DNA of 64,000 bases from NCBI GenBank assembly GCA_964016885.1, contig OZ024740.1:369892001-369956000 (forward strand), read 5' to 3'. Made by a program: the position numbers and the translations under genes. Origin of the DNA: Eledone cirrhosa (lineage: Eukaryota). The notes under the pieces are model-generated. The model was not told the DNA's origin. It ran no database searches and worked only from the letters and a program-made list of their open reading frames with translations. Of this stretch, positions 12,807 to 25,830 are shown piece by piece; position 1 is the stretch's first letter; every line of letters starts with the position of its first letter.

Positions 12807-12809
<3 letters not shown>
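12731..12809 (-). ncRNA. Second hammerhead copy, lacking most of the 5' stem I strand
   Basis: The element begins 2 nt before CTGATGA (12807-12801). One stem II mismatch (CGGAA). Confidence 0.65.
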
Positions 12810-12852
<43 letters not shown>

Positions 12853-13971
12853 CACAGGTACACAGATTCGCCGGAGTAAACAGGTGATACGAGAAGACAG
12901 GTACAGTAGAAAATGACTGTATTAGATATTTGTTGTGCGTGTGTGGCAACAAATAAAGAAAAACAGTGCAAAATCTTCTAGATACACCAGATTTTTCGTT
13001 GTACCATTCGTGCTTAGTATATGGAGGTCACTAGGTGTACCCACTCCTGAACAACCTACATATAATTGTCCATGTGTAAAAAGCGATTCTCTCGTATTCA
13101 ATTATAGAACTTTGAATCTCGGAGCCTGAGGTTTATGGTCATAGCAAAACTACCTCTAACAGGGACCTGAAGTCTTGGGAATTTGAAAGGCAGTTCGCTA
13201 GAGGATGAAATAAGATGAAACTTGGGAATATTGGGAATAAATGTTCTTTTTCCTTGATGAGTGCATCCAGGAATAGTGACCTCACATCCACCTGGCAATT
13301 AAGCGTGTGCTATTGCATTGAAGTGACGGATCCAGGTTTCTCAAAAAATTGATGGGAGTTCCAATATTTTATATTATATGTAAATATATATAGAGAAATT
13401 TATATATAGATATAGATATAAATAATTATATATAAAATGTCTGCGTGTGTATGTGTGCGCGCACGCGAGTGTGCGTCTGTGTATGTGTGCGTGTGTGTGT
13501 GTGAAAACAGGGCCTTCGTATCGGAGACGGTGGCCGCAAAAGACGATCATCACATCCAACGAACGCGCAGAGAGAATCCCATATGATTGATTCTCAGCCA
13601 GCTAGAAATAGCAGTCAGGTTGGTTAGCATTCCTCTTTTATGTTATAAAATCAGTATCAATAAAGCTTCCATTGCTAAACCTATTTTCGACGGGTATATG
13701 AAGTTTTGTTTATGTATATCAAGAATTAAATAAGAAAATTGCTGACCAGAGGATTTGACTCGACGTTATCCTTTGAATCGTATAGCATAAATATTCAAGC
13801 AGGGGAATATGGTAAATAGGTCGGGAAGAGATCACGGAGTATATTAATATAAGCACGTATTGCAACAGGAACAATATAAACATCTGCGTAAAAGGAGATT
13901 AGGAATTGATTTGCTTTCACATATGTTTCCGTGTCTATTCACTACGCGGTAGAATTTAGGTGCAATACTTA

Positions 13972-14068
<97 letters not shown>

Positions 14069-14404
14069 TATATATATATTTAAAGGAAACATCAATATTC
14101 TTAAAAAGACTACAGTTGTATTTTCGGTTTCTTTTCCTAATATATATATGTGTGAATATGTATGAATGAAGTAATTCCGTCGGAAAAGTCCAGGAAAAAA
14201 AGAGTGCTCTATGTAGGTAACAGAGCTTAATAGTTAAGTAATAAACAACATAAGGCAATTATTCCATTTACCATGTGTGTGTGTTTGCATGTGTGTTTTT
14301 ATTTTTTTATATTTTTTTATTTTATTTTTCCTTTCCTTCTTCCTTCTCCAGCCTCACTTTCATTTTTGTTTTTAGAATCCAATATCAATAAATAGACCAG
14401 GATT

Positions 14405-14466
14405 TTTTCATTCTGATGATTGAAAGCAAATGTTTTTGCTTTTAAGAAACCACTGGTAAATGGAAT
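14405..14466 (+). ncRNA. Type I hammerhead ribozyme in a fold-back pLTR module
   Basis: TTTTCATT CTGATGA TTGAAAGCAAA-tgtt-TTTGCTTTTAA GAAA CCACTGGTA AATGGAA. The downstream tail (14454-14490) is repeated inverted at about 14240-14273. Confidence 0.85.
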
Positions 14467-14787
14467 AATTGCCTTATGTTGTTTATTACATAACTATATA
14501 TATATATATATATATACATATATATGGATTGCTGAGAGTGTATATATTTCGTAAAACTGTTGGGATCTCAAACACGGAACTAGAATAGCTGTACAACACC
14601 CAGCTGCTACGATGATCATAGTAAAGAGTCGGGTTAAACGGCTCTTTCGGTAAATATAGCAAGATTCGGAGAGAAGTAAGCTGAATAGATGCCTAGGATA
14701 TAGTTTTTTCTTCCATGTCTTTTCAACTTTACTTTCTCCACTTATCTCATTCTTACTTTTGCTGTCAACAAATATATATATATATAT

Positions 14788-15453
14788 ATACAAGTAAATA
14801 TAAATTAATATATATGATGAAACACAAATACCAACATATCTGTGTTTATATTGTAAAAGAAATTAAGTTAGCTAGAATGAAATATACTAATTATAATATT
14901 ACAGTTTGCCTATCACGATTTAAAATAATAAATCAATAAAAACAAACAGTATTGGCAAATGGCCATGGTGTTTAGACAAATTTAAATTTCAAAATCAAAC
15001 CTGTTCCGTAGATAAGTTTAAACTTTAAAATCCAAATATGTTTCGAGATGAATAAGTGCAAGGATATCATGTCCAGCTCACATCAGTAAACACCCTGAAC
15101 AAATTGATATGCTTCACTTCTAAATATTTTAAAAGACTGTTTAACGCACATGGTTTAACACATGGTTTTCCAGTTTCTAGCCAGCCTCATACTCGTACTG
15201 CTAGAAATAACAGCCGTATATATATATATCTACGGAACAGGTTTGATTTTGAAATTTAAATTTGTCTAAACACCATGGCCATTTGCCAATACTGTTTGTT
15301 TTTATTGATTTATTATTTTAAATCGAGATAGGCAAACTGTAATATTATAATTAGTATATTTCATTCTAGCTAACTTAATTTCTTTTACAATATAAACACA
15401 GATATGTTGGTATTTGTGTTTCATCATATATATTAATTTATATTTACTTGTAT
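14788..15453. repeat. ~226-bp near-perfect inverted repeat with a decayed HHR in the spacer; diverged relative of the 567-bp unit
   Basis: Arms 14788-15014 and 15227-15453. Minus strand 15086-15035 reads CTGATGT GAG...CTC GAAACATATT. Shares AAAATAATAAATCAATA and CTAGAAATAACAGCCGT with 16499-17065. Confidence 0.85.
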
Positions 15454-15528
15454 TATACGGCTCAGAAATATTTCTTTCTTTGAGCTATTTCATTGTAAAG
15501 GAATGCTTGAGTTTTGAACTCAATACAC

Positions 15529-15603
<75 letters not shown>

Positions 15604-16330
15604 TTTATCACTCTCATTTCCGCTTTCCTGTCTCTCACTATCCCACCCATCTCTGACCATATGCTATACACTGTTATTTTCGTTTTCTCTCTCGTTCCTA
15701 ACTTTTTTCTTATTTTTTCTGACCACTCTCCCGTTAACAAAGAAGGTTTGTTTAACCCAAATCTTTGCAGTGATCATCGTTGCAGTTTCCTGTTTTACAG
15801 CTATTTCCACATTTAAGATCCCTAAAATTTTATGGAATATATATATAATAAATCTTAAAAAAATGTTCGAATATTAATAATAGCATTCGGTTCGTTTGCA
15901 ATTATGCAAACAAGCCTCATTTTTAAAGCCATGTCAGTAGAATGAATAACTTCATTCTTGCCCTTGTGTTGGCATGTAAACAGAACTTCAGACATTAATG
16001 TTTCTGAGTGTCACCCTTCATCAGTACAGCTCACTGTTCACCTGACAGCTGTCAGAGCTAGTGAAAATATATGCTATTTTCTTAAATATACAATGACTGA
16101 TCGGCCTGATTAGCATATTAGCAGACTGGCTGATCAGTCAGATCTGCATATTAGCAGATCCATTGATCAGCCAGATTTGAATATCAGAATATATATATAT
16201 CAAAATAACAGATTAAAGTTTAAGCAAAGAATCGGTGCTTTCACCCTTAACGGTTCTTATATATTTGATATATACATTTAACCTTATCGAGCCCTCTTTG
16301 GATTTGTGTCTTCAAATTTATTATTATTAG

Positions 16331-16458
<128 letters not shown>

Positions 16459-16465
16459 CCGTAAA

Positions 16466-16498
<33 letters not shown>

Positions 16499-16505
<7 letters not shown>

Positions 16506-18099
16506 TAATATTTGATGAACATTTACATGTTATAGTTGCAATTGACTAATAAGATCGCTAGAGTGAAAAATCTTAATTCAACAACATAAGGTCTGCCTGT
16601 ACGATCTAGAAAATAATAAATCAATACTCACAGACTCATATGGGCAAAAAGCCTTGGTACCTAGACACGTTTAAAATTCAAAATACAAACTTTTTCCGCA
16701 GATCGGTCAGAACTTCAAACTTCAAACATGTTTCACAAAGGATGGTATAATAGTAAAATAATTAACTAATTAGCAGTGAGTTAATCAACTTTTTCTGTGT
16801 TTATCAATAGGCACCCAGATAAAAATAAAATAACTCAACCTTAGAAAAATATCTAAGGTCTGGTTAGCGTAGCGAAAATACACGAGGTTTTGCACACGGC
16901 TTATTCCAGTCCTCTAACGTCCCACACATAGTACTAGAAATAACAGCCGTTTGTATGGGATTACAAAATGCAGCTCACCTTGGGGAGCAGTGATAAATAA
17001 CTTAGAGTTTAGACTCAGAGAGGTCATTTACAATCATTTCAGCTCTAGGAATTGCTTCTGAGCAGTATAAATTAATATTTGATGAACATTTACATGTTAT
17101 AGTTGCAATTGACTAATAAGATCGCTAGAGTGAAAAATCTTAATTCAACAACATAAGGTCTGCCTGTCCGATCTCGAAAATAATAAATCAATACTCACAG
17201 ACTCATATGGGCAAAAAGCCTTGGTACCTAGACACGTTTAAAATTCAAAATACAAACTTTTTCCGCAGATCGGTCAGAACTTCAAACTTCAAACATTTTT
17301 CACAAAGGCTTTTTGCCCATATGAGTCTGTGAGTATTGATTTATTATTTTCTAGATCGTACAGACAGACCTTATGTTGTTGAATTAAGATTTTTCACTCT
17401 AGCGATCTTATTAGTCAATTGCAACTATAACATGTAAATGTTCATCAAATATTAATTTATACTGCTCAGAAGCAATTACTAGAGCTGAAATGATTGTAAA
17501 TGACCTCTCTGAGTCTAAACTCTAAGCTATTTATCACTGCTCCCCAAGGTGAGCTGAATTTTGTAATCCCATACAAACGGCTGTTATTTCTAGCACTATG
17601 TGTGAGACGTTAGAGGACTGGAATAAGCCGTGTGCAAAACCTCGTGTATTTTCGCTACGCTAACCAGACCTTAGATATTTTTCTAAGGTTGAGTTATTTT
17701 ATTTTTATCTGGGTGCCTATTGATAAACACAGAAAAAGTTGATTAACTCACTGCTAATTAGTTAATTATTTTACTATTATACCATCCTTTGTGAAACATG
17801 TTTGAAGTTTGAAGTTCTGACCGATCTGCGGAAAAAGTTTGTATTTTGAATTTTAAACGTGTCTAGGTACCAAGGCTTTTTGCCCATATGAGTCTGTGAG
17901 TATTGATTTATTATTTTCTAGATCGTACAGGCAGACCTTATGTTGTCGAATTAAGATTTTTCACTCTAGCGATCTTATTAGTCAATTGCAACTATAACAT
18001 GTAAATGTTCATCAAATATTAATTTATACTGCTCAGAAGCAATTCCTAGAGCTGAAATGATTGTAAATGACACCTCTGAGTCTAAACTCTAAGCTATTT
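16499..18099. mobile_element. 567-bp unit in tandem (16499-17304) followed by an inverted tandem (17305-18099), flanked by (TA)n
   Basis: Period 567 in both halves (16499/17066 and 17305/17872). HHR-like motif TTGATAA ACACAG...CTTTGT GAAACATGTT at 17720-17802(+) and 16807-16725(-). Confidence 0.85.
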
Positions 18100-19199
18100 A
18101 TATATATATATATATATATATATTCCGTAAAAGTTGAGACATTATGCGTTGTAATTGTTGCCATACAGAATAGCCATTTATGTATTTTATCATTTTATTA
18201 TTCGTAGTATGTTCATGTGAATGGTGCTTCCTTGTTACAATAACAATATATGAAGATAATATTCTCGATTTGAAACAATCAAATTCATGAGATAAGTGCA
18301 CTGCGTATTTAATTAACAAGCGCTAAGAAAATGATTGAATATACCATTAAAATTAGATTTATAAAATATAACCTATTTGCTCTGAGGGCAAATATGTCAG
18401 CCAAAATAATTTTAAAAAGAAGTATTTTACGCTATTTAATAGGCATAATATGTTTTTTTACGATTTTAGCAACACCTTAAAGGAAATATGTTTGTTACAC
18501 TATTGTAGGTTGTTTGTAAAATCCGTCCACTAATTGAAGATACTATAAATAACGCTACACCAATAAATATATTACCAACATAATTACTTTAATGAAATTG
18601 GCAAGATGTAACAAGTATGGAGTGTCATGGCATAATCAATTCATGAATACCAAAAAACCCATAAATTAAAACTTCTGTTAAAAATGTTGTTCACGCATCT
18701 AATTGCATAGTCATTTTAAAAGACTGCAAATTTATTATTAACATTAATGATATAATGCGGAATTTATAATGTATTTAAATACTTTGAGCTGCCTAAGTGG
18801 TATCTCATTTACAAATATCAAATGAATAGAACGTGTTAAAAGTATCATGTTTTTTATGATTTTCTAAAATACTTCCAAATTATGATTCTGAATCTAATAT
18901 ACTTCAATAGCTTATAAGAGATTTGTCTACGTATTACTATTATTTATACTTTTATTTTTTCATTTTATTTTCTATGCTTTTAGTGGGGCTTTGTTTGTAT
19001 GTTTCCTCATACAAAATATCATATCTCCTACCGCAAGAAGAGTATCATCACACCCACTCCAGATGTGATTCGTATTCTAACAACGTAATGAAGTCTTAGA
19101 ATGTAAAGATGAATTCTATTTAGAAGACGTCTGTTTTTTTTTAAATATTAAATATTGTGCCGCAACTTAATCTCTGTTCGTGATACAGCTGTCTCTGCT

Positions 19200-20870
19200 T
19201 TCACTAAGTATACATTTCTCTTCTTAAGAAATTTATTTTCACAAAGTAAGGATTACTTTCTTGGGGATTCCAATTCAAGATATTAGCTATACGAAGCTGA
19301 GAGGATGAAATCAAGAGCTATAGAGACGTAGAACTATCCAGTAGGGGATGCGGCATGCACAACGTTTAACACTTGTACAAGTAGGAGTGTGTTAGTCGGC
19401 TAGGAACGATGCGTGAGATAACAATGTCAGTGAGGAAGATTCAAAAGCAATAACAGTTGAGGCGATATATGGAAACTGAGGAGAAATAGACAGCAGTAGA
19501 GGTGGGTGCAGTTTAAGCACGGTGATGTGCGGGCGATGTCATGGCCACATGTTGAATGAAGTAAATGGCTAGAATGAGACTGGTTCTCAGAATCATAGTT
19601 TTGGCTGCAGAGACGTTACGAAAGAATAAATAGTTAGTAGGGTATAATGTGTTTGGGACAAATTGAAAAATCGGAATAGGGGTGGGAGTGAGCGGATTTA
19701 TAGAAGAAGAAGAAGTTTGAAAGGTGTATTCAGGGTGGTTGAGGGATATAGAAATATGACTAAATAGGACGGAATGTCAGTGAGGAAGGGGGCTAATGTA
19801 AGAGTAGAATGAATGAAATTAATCAAAGAAGATGAGCTGTTGGTATCGGGATAGTATCTCAAATTATGAGAAAGCATTGCGAAGCAGGCACAGTTACTAA
19901 ACTTTGTAGAGAGACATGCGCCACATGTTCATAGCTCATACCACGTCACTTTGCTGCGTCAACATGGTGAGCATATCGCAGTAATTCGGCGGGAGGGACA
20001 CGTAGAAATGTGCTCGATGGTAGTGGCTGAATATGAAATAAAATGATTGGGGATTCGGAAACATCGAGGAATAATAAGCTTGCGGTGGAAGCAACGGCTT
20101 AGATATATAATTTGGTGGTAGTAGCGAATTTTTGTGAAGAAGAGTGAGAGTAATGAAGTGGAAGGAATGAAATTGGGGAAGTAATTAAAAGTAGTGTTTG
20201 AGAATAAAATGAAGCTTGCGGATAACAGCTTTGAGATTAGTCTTGCAAGAAATGGTAAGAGGGTAAATGAAAGGAGAGGGTTGGAAAACGGAAGTGGAAA
20301 TCTAGGAGTAAGGAGAGGAAAACGTGGAATAGAATGTAGGGAAAAGGAGAAAAAAGACTTGAGTTAAGCCGTAAGAATAGAAGAAAACATTGAAATAGAA
20401 TATGGAGAGGAAGGGAGGAATGTGTTGAAGGTTGGAAATTTAGTGTAAAGTGAAAGGATAATTTTCTAATGCAAAAAGAAGAGAAAAATGACATGCATTC
20501 CGAAAGGGAATTATTCATGTAAACTCAATGTCAAAATGCAGTGGAGGTAACCAACGAGTAAATTGGATCCTCATAAGCATCATGTTTTACTGGAGATAGC
20601 TATGTGATTGGACCTTTTGTTTTTTCTCTAAATTTCATTTCCCTCACCGACCTTCTCCTCAATCTTTCTATTTTTCTTTACTTTCTCTTTCTATTTTCTG
20701 ATGAAGGACTAGCGTCCGAAACCTTAAGCCTTTTTTGCTGCTATATCAAGCGTAAAACTAATAATACATTTTTTTCTGTGTCACTTGCTGTTATTTCTCT
20801 TTGTCTTTTGTATATACACTCCTATCAAGGCCTTTTTGTTTCGTACTTAGCTTAACTACAAACAATATGT
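19200..20870 (-). mobile_element. Probable decayed PLE remnant (N-terminal region on minus) with an inverted pLTR carrying an HHR-like motif on plus
   Basis: Strong purine/pyrimidine strand asymmetry. The minus peptide MSFFSSFCIRK..FTLNFQP resembles PLE N-termini. CTGATGA-A-GGAC-tagc-GTCC-GAAAC at 20698-20722. Confidence 0.4.
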
Positions 20871-22397
20871 TGCAGGAATAGTGAAGTGGAACTACTTCAA
20901 ACGCCAAATAGTTTATTAGATCGTTCTAATCTGTGTTTATGAAGAAGTCAATTGATTATATTTTGTTTAAATTTTAGAAGACAATACATCTATTTTAACA
21001 ATAACTTAAAATATAGTTTTTTCATTTTCTGTATTCGGGTTTACAAGCGATACAAGTATATAGTTGTTACTGAAACTTCAATAGAGTATTGACTATGTAT
21101 TTAAATGGCAATTGGAAGATAAGTAAACGAGAATATAATGGACAATTTGATTAATGAATATATTCTAAATATATGTTTTCTAAATCTAACAAAAATGTTC
21201 TAAGTTCAATGCGTAAATATCCGCCGTATGTATATAATATTTGGGATATTTTATTTTTTGCACCAACGATTAAGCTGCCACCACAAACGCCGTAAAACCG
21301 ATGACATTCTTCCTAATTCAACCTAACTGAGAAAGATGCAGCACTCTACAATTGCATCTACCTATTGAATACATTTTTCATGCAAAAACGTTTAGGCAAA
21401 AATTCAGGTTTAATTGCTTTTCATATTTTGTATATATTATGACATTGGAAATATAAACATACTATGCCATTTTCTGAAACACTACTTTTGTTTGGGAGTT
21501 CATGAACATTTGGTCGTAAGTGCAAATCAAACCTGCAATTTAACTGCCTTACAAATACTAGCACGAGAATGATTTTATTATAGTGTACTCATTTGATTGT
21601 TTCTGAACAAAAGAATTTGTTCTATGAAGTTCATTTTAAAATTTAGAATTCATATTGAAAATGCATATAATGTGTTTCAATTGTGATACATTTACGAAAG
21701 CCTTTTCAGTCGTCTACTCAATGATTGAAAACTAATGTATATCATAATGTTCAAGTTAATTTTTATTTTGATACCTTATCATATACTAGATTATATTCTT
21801 GGTTATATATTGAGTGTTTATATAAACGTTAGTACGGGAAAATCTAGAACAGAACGAGAAATATTTGCGTATATATTTTGCTATCAATCCTTAGTAATAC
21901 ATGTCAGATAGTAATCACCAATATAGCAAAAGACGCTCGGACAAGAGATATATCTACACTTATATGCCTGGCTATATATTTACGGTCTACTTTAATATTA
22001 TTCGATATTTTGCGACCTATAGCATGAGCTATTGCCCACATAAACAACATCGGAAGTATGCTCAATGATGGTGTTATCTTAAAAGCTAAGTGCTTTCATT
22101 TTAATAGTTCTGTAAATTAATGAAATCCTATTCGATCTGACATCTGTGGAAGAAACAGTACATTAATCTTCTGTGTGCGTGTCGTAGCCTCTTAGACTTC
22201 ATTAATATTCTCCAATAAATGCCCCAAACCAGTTTTACTTTTCCATAATATATTATTGTTATAAATGTTGATAAATCCGTTACAATAAAATAAGTGTAGA
22301 GTGTTTGAATGTGTATATTGTAATAAATCCGCAATGTTATAAACACTAAACATACTCAGGTTCTATACTGCAATTTCTTTCAGATTTAGCTAGTCTA

Positions 22398-22680
22398 GTC
22401 TAAAGTCTATCTTAAGCCAGAAGACTTGGTAGACTGGTGCTTTTCCCGGCTTCGTGGAGTGAAGAGACTGAGAGTAAAATACACCTCACTCCTGACCTGG
22501 ACGCCAGTCCATCGCATGATAAACGCCTCAGCTTTTACTGGTACTCATTTTCAGCTGAGTATCTGGAACAACGTGAAATGAAGGATTTTGTCCAAGAAGG
22601 CCACAGGCAACCCTGCCCAGGAATAGAACCCACCACAGTATGTCCGTAAGTACAACACGTTTACCACTAGGCCACTTGCC
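22398..22680 (-). mobile_element. tRNA-headed SINE
   Basis: Minus strand: A box TGGCCTAGTGG and B box GGTTCTATTCC. Conserved-domain-like body (plus strand CCAGTCCATCGCA...CTGGTACTCATTTTCAGCTGAGT). Confidence 0.75.
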
Positions 22681-22929
22681 ACCATTAATTTTACTGCGTA
22701 AAATAGTATTTCCGTGTAAAATTAGGTCATTATGATGTGTATTATTATGAAACGTACCGTTTTCAGGTGACTGATAAAAATACATCTAAATGTGGTTAAC
22801 AAATCAAAAGACAACTGACGTGTGGTATATTTTCCTTACTATATTTGAACATATTTGAAAGAAATGTTTAATGTTTAAAACTAAAGTTGTAACGCATACG
22901 TTCAAATATACATAACATGTTGCATTATA

Positions 22930-23033
22930 TATCCTGCCGAGATTAACTTGCCTTTCATCCTTACCAGGTGATAAAATAAAGTACCGGTAATGTACTGATT
23001 AATTGCTGGCCTTGTGTCAAACGTAGCAACAAT
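22930..23033 (+). mobile_element. 5'-truncated copy of the octopod-type SINE seen at 33473 and 47545
   Basis: TTGCCTTTCATCCTTAC...GATAAAATAAAGTACC...AATTGCTGGCCTTGTG. Confidence 0.7.
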
Positions 23034-23037
23034 GATA

Positions 23038-23078
<41 letters not shown>

Positions 23079-23083
23079 CAAAT

Positions 23084-23134
23084 GGCTTCTACAGAACTAG
23101 AACTGTTTCATTCGGGAGAAATCATCAGGCAGCC
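23084..23134 (-). ncRNA. Type I hammerhead in a small fold-back pLTR module
   Basis: GGCTGC CTGATGA TTTC-tccc-GAAT GAAA CAG-ttctagtt-CTGTA GAAGCC. Homologous to 50659-50848. Confidence 0.72.
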
Positions 23135-23247
23135 GACTGTCCAGACCTAGTTCTGTAGAAGCCATTTCTATGTTAAATATTTATCCTTTGCTATGTATTT
23201 AGTATCATACTTACTGTGGTTAACTCCGATTGAACCCGGGATAAAAC

Positions 23248-23295
<48 letters not shown>

Positions 23296-23342
23296 ATGTA
23301 TGTGTGTGTGTATGTATATATATATATATATATATATATGAT

Positions 23343-23422
<80 letters not shown>

Positions 23423-23571
23423 GTATAGGATTATCCAAGATGTAGTGATGGTTAATTACTACACTGGATATGGTTGACGTACGGTAAGAGGTTACTCTAC
23501 GAGTTATGGAAGAATTGTTCAAGAAACTTAGTTCCTGATCCTTCTGTGTTCCGGAAAGGCATCATATAGGT

Positions 23572-25830
23572 ATGTCACTTAAAAACATACCTATACCTAA
23601 CAAAAGGGAATATATTCTCAGTATGATTCAACGCAGTAACGACTTCATTCGGCGTGTACGATGGAAAGCTTTCCACTTCGATAAAGGACGCACCAGTCAC
23701 TCGTCTGAATCATATGGTTTTAAATCATGCAAAAACCCACCTACAAACCCTCACCTCGAAGCTTTCGAACAGGACTTATTGAAAACTACCATGAACATTA
23801 AGTTCAACAGACATAGAAATAATGAGCTGCAGAACAACATGAAAGCACTACTCCGAAGATTGCAAAATACTAATGGAATTGTTGTGAAAGCTGACAAGAC
23901 TTCGAACGTGTATACCATGGATATCGATACGTATAATAACTTCATACGCAACGAACTACACAAAAAATATAGAAAAACAAATGAAACTACGCTAGCAAAT
24001 ATTAACAACGAGGCATATAAAGTGGTAAAGAATCTCAAGATAGACGATAGAACCGAGCCGATTATACCCGCTACCCCCACCTTCAACCTGAAGGACCATA
24101 AGGTAAATTTTGACTCTAACCCTAAGATTAGACTTATATGCCCTTCTAAATCAGACATAGGGAAAATTAGTAAACATATACTTGACAGAGTAATAACTCA
24201 AGTGAAAAAGAAAATTGAAATTAAATTATGGGGCAACACTAGCGAAGCAATTCGCTGGTTTAATAATGTTAAGAATAAGAATAAATCTAAGTTTATACAA
24301 TTTGACATAGACGAATACTACTCTTCCATCTCACCAAGCACTTTACGTAAGGCCCTATCGTTTGCTAAGGCCAATTCCGACCTAACAGAGGACGAAATTA
24401 ATATTATTCTCGAGGCTAGAAAAACCATTATTAAGTTCGATAACTGCTACTGGGAACGTAAGGACAGACCCATAAATTTCGATATTACCATGGGTTCAAA
24501 TGACTCGGCGGAGGTCACGGATCTCGTTGGAATTTACATAGCCCACATATTACATAGTAGATTTAGTAATCTACAGGGGGGGATATACAGAGATGACGGG
24601 CTCTTATTAGTTAATAACTTGAATAACCAAAATCTTGAAAGGCTACGGAAAAATATTAGAAAATCTTTTAGTGAACTGGGTCTAAAAATAACATACGAAT
24701 ACAATCTTAAGGTAGTAAACTTTCTGGACGTAACTCTTAATTTAAATACCGGACAGATACGACCCTTCCACAAGGTAAATGAGAACCTTACGTATATTGA
24801 CTTTAACTCTAACCACCCACTCTCCATGATCAAATCAGTTCCCCGGAGTATTTCTCTTAGAATCTCTCGCCTATCGTCTAACTCTGATATATTTAGCGAA
24901 CATGCTGAATACTACAATAATGCATTAAGGAATGCTGACCACCGGGATACAATTGAATACATCGATAGTAATTTCCACAACACACATAGCTCTACACGTA
25001 ATCACGGTATACGTAACCGGGGGACTAAAACACAAGCACACACACACTGTACTACCAGACATACTAATAATAGAAGATCACCACCAAATAAATCACGTTG
25101 TAGAAAGTATATCTGGTATAATCCTATTTTTAATGCCTCGATTAGTACAAAACTATCTCTTTCATTCTTTAAATTAATCAATAAACACTTCCCTAGTTCC
25201 CATAAGTACAGCAAAATTCTGAACTCCAAAACTATTAGACTATCATACTCCACGGCACCAAACCTTGAAGTATACATAAAAAAACTTAACTTAAGGCAAT
25301 TAAATAACTCTACAAAACAAAACATTTTAGTAACAGATAGGCAGAACGCAAAATCTGCCTCCCAACCACTAAATGGGAGACGGGTATTGCACAACCCACC
25401 TGTACCGCTATCACAACCTATCCATGGTGTACCCGCTACCCACAACAAAGCATGTAACTGCCATCTACCTGAAAGATGTCCATTGCAGAATGAATGCCTA
25501 AAGTCCAACATTGTTTACCAATGCACGGTTGAATCGGACGACCAGAAATGGTATTATATTGGATCTACCACCACATCGTTTAAATCTCGCTGGTACCGTC
25601 ATCGATTCTCAATCAAACATCAGAATCACCGCTTTGTGACCACGCTCGCCAACAAGACCTGGCAACTCCGTGAACACAACCAACAGTTCACCTTAAAATG
25701 GGATATACTTTCCAGCGCAAATGCATATCGGAGTGGTTTGAAGTACTGCAGGTTATGTAACCTTGAGCTATTTTACATACTAAAATCCAAAAACAAACTA
25801 CTTAACGATAGAATTGAACGATCATTATAG
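23572..25830 (+). CDS. PLE reverse transcriptase + GIY-YIG endonuclease (Naiad-type)
   Basis: N-terminal SLKNIP...RWKA, ADKT, FDIDEYY, MGS, YRDDG, FLDV, CNC..CPL..C, VY...YIG and CRLCNLE. A TAG interrupts the C-terminal LLN..R....CxH motif, and the frame continues to TAA near 25878. Confidence 0.92.
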   Translation: MSLKNIPIPNKREYILSMIQRSNDFIRRVRWKAFHFDKGRTSHSSESYGFKSCKNPPTNPHLEAFEQDLLKTTMNIKFNRHRNNELQNNMKALLRRLQNTNGIVVKADKTSNVYTMDIDTYNNFIRNELHKKYRKTNETTLANINNEAYKVVKNLKIDDRTEPIIPATPTFNLKDHKVNFDSNPKIRLICPSKSDIGKISKHILDRVITQVKKKIEIKLWGNTSEAIRWFNNVKNKNKSKFIQFDIDEYYSSISPSTLRKALSFAKANSDLTEDEINIILEARKTIIKFDNCYWERKDRPINFDITMGSNDSAEVTDLVGIYIAHILHSRFSNLQGGIYRDDGLLLVNNLNNQNLERLRKNIRKSFSELGLKITYEYNLKVVNFLDVTLNLNTGQIRPFHKVNENLTYIDFNSNHPLSMIKSVPRSISLRISRLSSNSDIFSEHAEYYNNALRNADHRDTIEYIDSNFHNTHSSTRNHGIRNRGTKTQAHTHCTTRHTNNRRSPPNKSRCRKYIWYNPIFNASISTKLSLSFFKLINKHFPSSHKYSKILNSKTIRLSYSTAPNLEVYIKKLNLRQLNNSTKQNILVTDRQNAKSASQPLNGRRVLHNPPVPLSQPIHGVPATHNKACNCHLPERCPLQNECLKSNIVYQCTVESDDQKWYYIGSTTTSFKSRWYRHRFSIKHQNHRFVTTLANKTWQLREHNQQFTLKWDILSSANAYRSGLKYCRLCNLELFYILKSKNKLLNDRIERSL

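Larger units (their letters stand above)
11800..12809 (-). mobile_element. Retrozyme-like element: ~1.5 tandem copies of a 656-bp non-coding unit with two HHRs, flanked by (TA)n
   Basis: Direct repeat 11804-12153 vs 12460-12809 (period 656). HHR on the minus strand in each copy. No credible ORF. Confidence 0.85.

Noticed and set aside
13505-13625. CTAGAAATAGCAG motif shared with 15201 and 16934; considered an HDV-like ribozyme
   Set aside because: I could not build the nested double pseudoknot. The match is too short to interpret.
14530-14700. Minus-strand GAAATATATAC half-motif suggesting another HHR
   Set aside because: No CUGANGA-like core or stem I could be placed.
16095-16185. Short ~29-bp degenerate repeats (TGATCAG.CAGAT.TGCATATTAGCAGA), superficially CRISPR-like
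   Set aside because: Contiguous minisatellite without unique spacers. Eukaryotic context and no cas genes.
25828-25830. Possible selenocysteine recoding in the Naiad ORF
   Set aside because: The stop is TAG, not TGA, and is not at a Cys position. It is most simply a nonsense mutation, and I recognised no SECIS.
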